Assembly (NCBI GenBank): GCA_934086955.1
Contig: CAKOIN010000002.1
Span: 73,401 to 137,400 of the forward strand
Length of the DNA stretch: 64,000 nt
DNA from: an uncultured Bacilli bacterium
GTDB lineage: Bacteria; Bacillota_I; Bacilli_A; RF39; UBA660
Reading direction: 5' to 3'
The notes under the pieces are model-generated. The model saw only the letters and a program-made list of their open reading frames with translations. It did not search any database and was not told the DNA's origin. Positions 21,797 through 29,907 of this stretch are shown here, one piece after another; within the stretch, counting starts at the first letter, position 1, and each line of letters begins with the position of its first letter. The translations under genes were made by a program, and so were the position numbers.

Positions 21797-22747
21797 ATGG
21801 CAAATAAGAAAAAGAATATTAAAAAGAAAAAATCAACAACTAAAAAGAGAAAAACTACTAATTCAAAAAAGAAGACGACTGTACAAAAATCAAAAGTTTC
21901 AAATAACACAAATAAAACTAGCAAAAATAAATCTAATAAAAATAGTGAAATCAAAAATAAAAAAACTGATAAAGTTATAAAAGAAAAATCTAACAAAAGA
22001 GAATTAATCTTTAATATAATAATAGCTGTATTAGTTATAGTTGTGATAATAAGTTTCTATTTTCTAATTCAAAAGAGAAAAGAAGAAGAAATTACTATTA
22101 AAGAAATAGATGAAAGTAAATTAGTAAAACCTGATAATAATCCTACTGATATTGATATACCTAAGAAAACTGTAAAAGAAGAAATAGCTGAATTAAAAAC
22201 AAAATATAATAATAATGATGTTATTGGTATATTAAATATAGATAATGAAATTTATACACCAGTAGTACAAACAAAAGATAATCAATATTATTTAAAGTAT
22301 TCATTAAGTAAAAAAAGAAGTGTTATTGGAAGTACATTTATGGATTATAGGTTAAATAAAGACAGTAAACAAATAAATATATATGGTCATAATCACAGTA
22401 ATAAAAAGTATAATCCTCCATTTAAAACACTTGAAAATTATTTAAAAAAAGCTTATTTTGAAGAACATAGATATATAGAATTCAAAGTAGATAATGAAAT
22501 TCAAAAATATGAAATATTTAGTATAGTTATTGGCGAAAAAGTTGGAACAGAAGAACACATGAATATAAAATATACTAAAAATAGTGATTGGTTAAAACAT
22601 TTCAATAGACTTAAAAATAGAAGCATATTTAAAACTGATACTAAATTAACTGAAAATGATAAAATAATAGTATTACAAACATGTTTATTTGGTAAATATA
22701 AAGGTAAGTTAATGTTAGTAATAGGTAAAAGAGTTGACAATGAGTAA
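21797..22747 (+). CDS. class B-like sortase with a ~70-aa polybasic N-terminal tail
   Basis: Motifs NIYGHNH and VLQTC plus a distal Arg. A K-rich low-complexity N-terminus is followed by a TM helix. Confidence 0.8.
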   Translation: MANKKKNIKKKKSTTKKRKTTNSKKKTTVQKSKVSNNTNKTSKNKSNKNSEIKNKKTDKVIKEKSNKRELIFNIIIAVLVIVVIISFYFLIQKRKEEEITIKEIDESKLVKPDNNPTDIDIPKKTVKEEIAELKTKYNNNDVIGILNIDNEIYTPVVQTKDNQYYLKYSLSKKRSVIGSTFMDYRLNKDSKQINIYGHNHSNKKYNPPFKTLENYLKKAYFEEHRYIEFKVDNEIQKYEIFSIVIGEKVGTEEHMNIKYTKNSDWLKHFNRLKNRSIFKTDTKLTENDKIIVLQTCLFGKYKGKLMLVIGKRVDNE

Positions 22748-22748
22748 A

Positions 22749-22773
22749 AGGTAATCTTATGATTATCTTTTTA
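22749..22773 (+). terminator. intrinsic terminator after the sortase gene
   Basis: Stem AGGTAATC/GATTATCT followed by a T-run. Confidence 0.55.
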
Positions 22774-22786
22774 ATTTTATAATTTA

Positions 22787-22813
22787 TAAAAAAGAAGTGT
22801 TTTATCATTTTAT
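22787..22813. repeat. 27-nt exact intergenic repeat, copy 1
   Basis: TAAAAAAGAAGTGTTTTATCATTTTAT is identical to 32616-32642. Confidence 0.9.
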
Positions 22814-22878
22814 TTCGAATAATAATATTAGATGAAAATATAGGCCTAAAGTTCTCTTAAATAAGAAAGGAAAATAAA

Positions 22879-23552
22879 ATGATAGAAGAAATAAGAAAAA
22901 AAGAAATAACAGCAATGAATGATAAGATGTTTAAGAACATTATGAAAACAGATAGTGGACAAAGATTATTAAAGGGAATTATAGAAGAAACAATAAATGA
23001 GAAAGTGGAAGAAATGATAATACTTAATCCAGAACTTAAGGTACCAAATGTATTTGTAAAAGGAAGAACAGTATCAAATAAATATAAATAGAAGATGTAA
23101 TTATACTGAATTAAATAGAGAATATTATATACAAAGTGATGATAAAAGAAAATTTGTAGAGAACTTTAAAATAATAGAATACAATATAAAAAAATATTAT
23201 GTGAATGTTATAATGGATATGTAAGTGATAAGTTATATTTATATTTATCAATGATAATAGCTAACTCGAAAGAGAGAAGAGAAATCATTAGAAATAATGG
23301 GGATGAAGTTATGGAAGATTTTAGTGAGAAACTAATGAATATGAGTGAAGAAGAATATTACAAAGGATGATGAGTGTAGGAGAAGATAATGCTTATATGG
23401 ATAAATTAGAAGCAAGAGAGTTTGGAAAAGAAGAAGGTAGAGAAGAAGCAAATTTATCTATGGCTAAAAAGATGCTTGAAGAAGGTGAACCTATAGAAAA
23501 AATATCTAAGTTTACTGGATTATCTATTGAAGCAATAGAAAAATTAAAATGA
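22879..23552 (+). pseudogene. decayed Rpn-family (PD-(D/E)XK, YhgA-like) putative transposase/nuclease
   Basis: The N-terminal piece is MNDKMFKNIMKTDSGQRLLKGIIEE...ILNPELKV. The C-terminal piece is AKKMLEEGEPIEKISKFTGLSIEAIEKL. The middle carries stops and frameshifts (fragments ENFKIIEYNIKKYY, SKERREIIRNNGDEVMEDF), and the nuclease core is missing. Confidence 0.6.
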
Positions 23553-23577
23553 GTTTATATTTTAATTAAAAACAAAT

Positions 23578-23610
23578 AAAAAAATCGTACCATTAAAAGT
23601 ACGATTTTTA
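23578..23610. terminator. bidirectional intrinsic terminator
   Basis: Stem ATCGTAC/GTACGAT is flanked by an A-run and a T-run. Confidence 0.7.
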
Positions 23611-23621
23611 TTATAAAATTA

Positions 23622-25133
23622 TTACATTAATTTCTTTTTAAGTAAGATAGTTGTACCAAGTGCAGCTAAACTTAACATAGAAATAATTTCAACTATATTA
23701 TTGCTTTCAATACCTGTTCTTGGGAAGTCTGGATCATCTCCACCAGTACCACCAACATAAGTATATACATATACTACAAGAGTATCTTCTTCAGTATATA
23801 AACCAGTTTTATTTCCTTCAACTTTTAGAAGTTCATAATATTGAAATTCTTTTTCTTCAGTTGTATATTCTTTACCAATCATTTCAGTGCTAAAAATTGA
23901 ATCAGTAAGTTCTTTTCCATTTTCATCAACATATTTAACTGTTAAATTACCTTTAGCAGCAGTATAAGATAAATGAGCATGTCCAGTTATTCTATAGTCA
24001 GCATAAGCATTTCCCATATAAGGACCACTTAAATGAATATTCATATCAATGTTATTTTCACTTTTAGTATCTAATTTACCAAGCTTTTCTTGAATCTTCT
24101 CATCACCTTTAGATTCATTTCTCATATATTCACCTGGTGCATATTTATCTTGATTAGTATTATCAATTTTTTCATCATCAAGTGAGACACCCATAGCAAA
24201 GTTAAATAAGTTATCAAAATGTAATGATATAATTACAGGATTACTTTCTTTAATATATTCACCATTTACATATGATGGCATATGATTTCCTTCTAAAATT
24301 TGATAAATTTCTTTTACAGTAAATTCACCTAATTTAGTTACTTTTTCTTTACCATCTTTTCCATAACCAAAATAATCATTATAGAAATCTAAGTAATATT
24401 TGTCTAGTTCTTCAACACCATTGTAACCTTTTTCTCTTAATAATTTATCAAGAGTAGCATCATCTAATTCTTCATATTTATTCTTACTAACTCTAGTAAG
24501 TTCTTTTAATGCTGTATTATAAAGTCTATAGAATTTATGTACTTCATTAACACTATCTCCATTAAAAGTTAAATCTTCATCAGTTAATTTTTTGAATCCC
24601 ATTTCTTTTTCTAGTTCTTCTGATGTATAAGGATATATAACAAATGAATTTTTATCATAGTTATATTTGTATTTTGAATTATTAACTATTGATACATTTA
24701 CTTTAATTGTATCACCTGGCATAATATCTGGAGTTTTTTCTCCTTCTTTAATATTTTGTCCCCAAGCTATAACTTCAAAAATATCAGGGTTGATAATAAG
24801 AGTTTCTTTTTCATAACTTTCATCAATTGTATAAACTAAATTAAAGTTAAGAATTCTAACACCTTTTTCTCCTTTTGTAATTCCCTTGTATTCCCAACTA
24901 ACTTTAACACCATCACTAGTTGTAGTACTCCCGGGTTGAATAGCAGCCCATTTGTAGTCATCGTCTTGATTACTTTCATCATTTGTTGTTTCGTTTATAA
25001 CATCACTGCTATCTGTTACATTTTGAACAACACTCTCATTTTTTTCAGTTTCATTATTTAATTCAGTTTCAGTAGCACTAACTGTACTAAATAATAATGA
25101 AAAAGAAATCAAAAATGATAAAACTTTTTTCAT
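23622..25133 (-). CDS. sortase-anchored surface protein with a C-terminal MucBP-like domain
   Basis: Signal peptide; MucBP-like segment LTVKYVDENGKEL...YVYTYV; then FPRTG followed by a hydrophobic stretch and KKKLM. Confidence 0.75.
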   Translation of the reverse strand: MKKVLSFLISFSLLFSTVSATETELNNETEKNESVVQNVTDSSDVINETTNDESNQDDDYKWAAIQPGSTTTSDGVKVSWEYKGITKGEKGVRILNFNLVYTIDESYEKETLIINPDIFEVIAWGQNIKEGEKTPDIMPGDTIKVNVSIVNNSKYKYNYDKNSFVIYPYTSEELEKEMGFKKLTDEDLTFNGDSVNEVHKFYRLYNTALKELTRVSKNKYEELDDATLDKLLREKGYNGVEELDKYYLDFYNDYFGYGKDGKEKVTKLGEFTVKEIYQILEGNHMPSYVNGEYIKESNPVIISLHFDNLFNFAMGVSLDDEKIDNTNQDKYAPGEYMRNESKGDEKIQEKLGKLDTKSENNIDMNIHLSGPYMGNAYADYRITGHAHLSYTAAKGNLTVKYVDENGKELTDSIFSTEMIGKEYTTEEKEFQYYELLKVEGNKTGLYTEEDTLVVYVYTYVGGTGGDDPDFPRTGIESNNIVEIISMLSLAALGTTILLKKKLM

Positions 25134-25243
25134 CTTCTTCCTCCCAAATTTATTAACACTCTTTTGGAAGAAATAAATAGTATTTCAACCAAACCCCCGT
25201 GTTTATAGCTCCATATTATATCACTAAATCACATTTTAATCAA
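25134..25243 (-). promoter_or_regulatory. promoter plus conserved structured 5' leader of the adhesin gene
   Basis: On the minus strand: TTGATT-17-TGATATAAT, then a leader with GGGGGTTTGGTTGAAATA...TTTATTTCTTCC that is shared with 27149-27260. Confidence 0.55.
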
Positions 25244-25274
25244 TTATTTTTATCAAAAACTGAAAAATATATAT

Positions 25275-25304
25275 AAAAAAGAGTAAAAATTAAATTACTC
25301 TTTT
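25275..25304 (-). terminator. intrinsic terminator after the 611-aa adhesin gene
   Basis: Stem GAGTAA/TTACTC with a T-run on the minus strand. Confidence 0.6.
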
Positions 25305-25312
25305 AAAATCAA

Positions 25313-27148
25313 CTATATTAATTTCTTTTTAAGTAGAATAGTTGTACCAAGCATAGCTAAACTTAACATAGAAATAACTTCAACTATATTATTGCTTTTA
25401 ATGCCTGTTCTTGGGAATTCTGGATCATCTCCACCAGTTCCACCAACATATTCATAAATATATGTAACTACAATATCTTCAAGTCCATAGGTACCTTTTT
25501 CATTACCTTCAACTTTAATTAATTCGTAGTATTGAATTTCTTTTTCACTTGTAGCATACTCACTTCTATATTTACCAGTAGTAATTTCTTCACTAGCTAT
25601 TTCTTTACCATTTTTATCTACATATCTAGCAATTACTTTATTATAAATATTATGAGCAGCTTTAATTGATAAAACACCCTCAAATGTTTTAGAATCTACT
25701 TCTTCAACATGAACTTCATCCTCAGTTTTACCATGAGCATTCCATCTGTTATTTTTTGAGTCATCATACCAATTATCTATTTTGTCATTACAATCATTTA
25801 ACTTTTTACCATCATTACGAGTTTCTTCAAGATTAACATCAGTAGTAGGGTTAGATATTGTTATAGTAGCCCCTTGTGCATTATAAATATCATCAGCTTC
25901 AGTTTCAGCACGATTATTATTAATAATAACACTACTGTCCATAACAAGAGTACCATTGTTATTAATACCACCACCAACAGTTAATTTTTCAGCTATATTA
26001 TTTGTAATTGTACCAGTTTCTAATTTTAATGAACCAGTATTTTTAATATAAATTCCAGAACCATTGTTATTAGTAATAGTTAATTTAGTAGTTTTATCTA
26101 TAATAGAATTTTTACCAGCTACATATAATGCACCAGGTTGAGTCCATTTACTACTAATAGTACATCCATTACCATCTATAATAAGTGTAGAGTTATTTCT
26201 AACTGTTAATGTATTAACAACATGTACTCCGTTAGCTCCATTATTATTAGCTTCAACATAAGAATTATCAATTGTTAAAATTACAGCTGATAAACCATGC
26301 GCACCGTTATTGTTAAATTTAACAATAGAACCATTTAATATTTCAAAATTTGAACCATTTGAACCATTACCAAGACTGTTAATAACATTAATTTTTGAGT
26401 TATCTGCTTTAACAGTAAATGTACCAGTTATTCCAGAACGATTGTTATCACTAGTGAATGTTGAGTTAGTTAATAGGAAATTATATCCACCATTTCCACC
26501 ATCCCATTCAATAGCATCTTGTTTGTAACCCTTAATTAAAAGAGTAGAGTTGTTTAATACTAATTTATTATTGCTACAAAAATAAATTACATGTGTGTTA
26601 GCAGCTGATTTACCATTAGCATCAATAGTCATTTTAACATTGTCTAATGTAAGACTTGCATTTGTACTAGCACAAATAACCATCCATCCCCATTCAGCAG
26701 TATAAGGAGTAGATGTAACTCCAACCATATTTACAGTTGCATTTTTAATAGTAAGTGCTTTTCCCCATAAAGCAATTCCTTTATCATCAAAAGTAATAGT
26801 AAAGTTTTTACCATCGATGATAAGATTTTTTCTTAACTCAATACCCTTAGTAGTAGCATTACTAAGTAATATAACAGTGTCATTATCATTAGCAGCATTA
26901 ATAGCTTCATCTAATGTTTCATAATTAACACCATTAACAGAAGCAACATATGTTTTTGATTCATCATTAGCAATAACAGTCTCATTAACATCTTCATTGT
27001 TAACCACAGTATCATTGTTAATTTCATTTTCAACAACATTGTTAACTTCAATTTCGCTATTATCCATATTTTCAATTTCATCAGCACTAATGCTAGAAAC
27101 ATTAAATATAAATAATAGAGAAGTAAGTGAAAGTAAAACTTTCTTCAT
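25313..27148 (-). CDS. sortase-anchored surface protein: parallel beta-helix repeats plus a MucBP-like domain
   Basis: Signal peptide; long N/G/T-rich beta-helix-like repeats (NNNGAHG..., NNNGANG..., NNNGSG...); segment VIARYVDKNGKEI...YIYEYV; then FPRTG, a TM helix and KKKLI. Confidence 0.75.
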   Translation of the reverse strand: MKKVLLSLTSLLFIFNVSSISADEIENMDNSEIEVNNVVENEINNDTVVNNEDVNETVIANDESKTYVASVNGVNYETLDEAINAANDNDTVILLSNATTKGIELRKNLIIDGKNFTITFDDKGIALWGKALTIKNATVNMVGVTSTPYTAEWGWMVICASTNASLTLDNVKMTIDANGKSAANTHVIYFCSNNKLVLNNSTLLIKGYKQDAIEWDGGNGGYNFLLTNSTFTSDNNRSGITGTFTVKADNSKINVINSLGNGSNGSNFEILNGSIVKFNNNGAHGLSAVILTIDNSYVEANNNGANGVHVVNTLTVRNNSTLIIDGNGCTISSKWTQPGALYVAGKNSIIDKTTKLTITNNNGSGIYIKNTGSLKLETGTITNNIAEKLTVGGGINNNGTLVMDSSVIINNNRAETEADDIYNAQGATITISNPTTDVNLEETRNDGKKLNDCNDKIDNWYDDSKNNRWNAHGKTEDEVHVEEVDSKTFEGVLSIKAAHNIYNKVIARYVDKNGKEIASEEITTGKYRSEYATSEKEIQYYELIKVEGNEKGTYGLEDIVVTYIYEYVGGTGGDDPEFPRTGIKSNNIVEVISMLSLAMLGTTILLKKKLI

Positions 27149-27260
27149 AAAACCCTCCCAAAATCTAGCAAATCATTTTCGGAAGAAATAAAGATATTTC
27201 AACCAAACCCCCATTGCTTTACGAGTTTGCTATTATAAAGCATAATTCATTTATTGTCAA
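27149..27260 (-). promoter_or_regulatory. promoter plus conserved structured 5' leader of the adhesin gene
   Basis: On the minus strand: TTGACA-17-TATAAT, then the same conserved core as 25134-25243. Confidence 0.6.
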
Positions 27261-27363
27261 GTAATAATATATAAAATATGATTTTTAACTAAAAAAGTGA
27301 TTGATTATTGAAAAATTAACATCAAAATGATATCATAATATATATAAGAATAGGTGATAAAAT

Positions 27364-29907
27364 ATGAGTTTATCTGACAAAATATTTGGAAATTATACTA
27401 GAAATAATCAAAGAAGAATAAGAAATATGGTTAAAGAAGTTAAGAGAACCATAAATTATTATAAGAAAAAAGGTATAAGTAAAGAACAAATAAGTAAAAG
27501 AAGTAAAACATTAATGGCAGCTATAAGAAGTGGTAAAACTACTGTTGAAGATAATATTATAGAAGCAACAGCACTATGTTATTTAGCAGCTGAACAAGCT
27601 CTTAATATTAGCTTTTATGATGTTCAAATAGAAGCTGCACTTGCTATGAGAGAAGGAACAATAGCTGAAGTAAAAACTGGTGAAGGTAAAACTTATATAC
27701 AAATAATTGAAGCTTATTTAAATGCACTGGATGGAAAAGGTGTTCATGTTATAACTGCAAATGATTATCTAATTGGAAGAGACTTAAAAGAAACACAACC
27801 AGTATATGATTTATTAGGATTAACATCATCTGTAGTATATGGTAATGAAAGAATGACTAGAGATGAAAGAAGAGAAAGATATAAGTGTGATATAGTTTAT
27901 GGTACTGCTAAAACATTAGCATTTGATTATCTACTTGATAATACAGCTACAAAAAAAGAAGATAGAGTATTTAATCCAGAAGGCAAAAATGATAGTAATT
28001 ATGGAAAATCATTTAACTATGCAATTATAGATGAAGCCGATAGTATATTACTTGATGATGCAACAGTACCTCTTATTATAAGTGGTTCATATCCAGGTCA
28101 AAGAAAAGCTGACATTGGAGAAGAAGAATTTAAAAGAAGAAACAATTTAAATAGAGAAATGTATAGAAAAGCTATGAGACTTGCTGATACATTAACATGC
28201 AAAATAGAAAATCAAGATCAATTAGGAAAAGATAAAGATATAAGATTCAGTGAAGACTGTTTGTTATATTTAGATGATCAAAGAGTTATATTTAGTGAAA
28301 AACTATATAGAAAAATATATGGAAATGTAGATATATCTAAGCTTAGTTTAGAAGAGCAAGAAAACTATATGAATTTTGTAATAGCTGTAGAAAATTGTAT
28401 TTTAGCAAAGTATTACTATAAAAAAGGCGAACATTATATTTTGAGTAGTGTACCAGTAAAACCACATAAAAAGCCAAGAAAAGAAATTGTTTTAATAGAT
28501 GAAAGTACAGGAAGACTTACTCCTGGAAGAAGAAGAGGAAGAGGACTACACGAAGCATTAGAGGCAAAAGAAGAAATGCTAGCAGAAGGAAAAGGTTACC
28601 ATGTAGCAATTCAAGCTCCAACAGTAACAACAGCAACTTGTACTTACCCTGACTTTATAAATAAATATAAAAGTGGAGTAAGCGGTATGACTGGAACAAG
28701 TAATATAACTGACTTTGATGAAATATATAATTTACCAACTTATGAAGTTCCAAGCAGACTTCCTAATATAAGAAGAGATTTAAAAAACTCAGTTTATTTA
28801 ACTAAAAAAGCTAAATATAAAGCTATAATTAACGAAGTTTTAAAAGCACAAGAAACACTTCAACCAGTATTAATTGGTACTACTAGTGTAGAAGAAAGTG
28901 AAATGATAAGTAAATTATTAGCAGAAGAAGGAATTAGACACCAACTATTAAATGCTGTTAATAATGAATATGAAAATGAAATTATTGAAAGTGCTGGTAT
29001 GAAGGGCAGGGTTACTGTAGCAACTAATATGGCAGGAAGAGGCAGCAATATCAAACTTGGCGAAGGTGTAAAAGAATTAGGCGGACTATATGTAATTGGC
29101 ACATCTAGAAATAATAATGAAAGAATAGATTACCAATTAAGAGGAAGAGCTTCAAGACAAGGAGAACCTGGAAAAACAAAATATTTTTCATCATTAGAAG
29201 ATGAACTTGTTAAAACAAGAGCCTATGAAAAACTATTTGATTTAGCAAAAAAACTTACAAGAAGTCCAAACAAAGAAATAGAAGATGCAAATATTGTTAA
29301 ATATGTTGATAGATGTCAAAAAACACAAGAAGGATTAGAAAGTAAAGCAAGAAGATTAAGTGAAAAATATGGAAAAGTAATGACTAAACAAAAAGATCTT
29401 ATGTATGCTCAAAGAGATGTAATACTAGATAGTACAGATGTAAGAAGTTTATTTAATAAGATAATACCTAGTTATGCTGAGTATTTAGTTAATAATTGTA
29501 CAGCAGAAGAAATAAGACAAAATTTAGATGGATTGGTTAGTATAAAAATACCAGAAACAAGAAATTTAAAGCCATTTAAAGAGGCTATAGAAAGAGAATT
29601 ATTAAAAAAAGTAAAAATAAATCTTACTACAAGAGAAAGTCTAGATGTAACAAAAAAGAATATGTTAAATGTTGTTGATACATATTGGATAAATCATTTA
29701 GAAAGGCTAGAAGATTTAAAAAAACAAACATCATATTATAGTTTATCAGGAGTAGATCCTTTTAAAGAATATGAAAGAGCAGCAAATAAAGAATTTGTAG
29801 ATTTAAACCCAAGAATTCAAAGAGATTTTCTAATTTATGCCACTAATCCTACATTACAATTTGGCAAAGCTGAAGCCTATGAAATGGAAGGAGCAAAAAG
29901 TTTATAA
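27364..29907 (+). CDS. divergent SecA-family translocase ATPase (SecA2-like)
   Basis: Motifs [70 protein letters not shown] and [11 protein letters not shown]. Several usually invariant SecA positions are changed. No C-terminal Zn motif is present. Confidence 0.8.
   Translation: [847 protein letters not shown]

Noticed and set aside
21691-21996. A 101-aa minus-strand ORF rich in F and L.
   Set aside because: It is the mirror image of the A-rich, lysine-coding 5' end of the sortase gene (AAA/AAG read as TTT/CTT), so it is not an independent gene.
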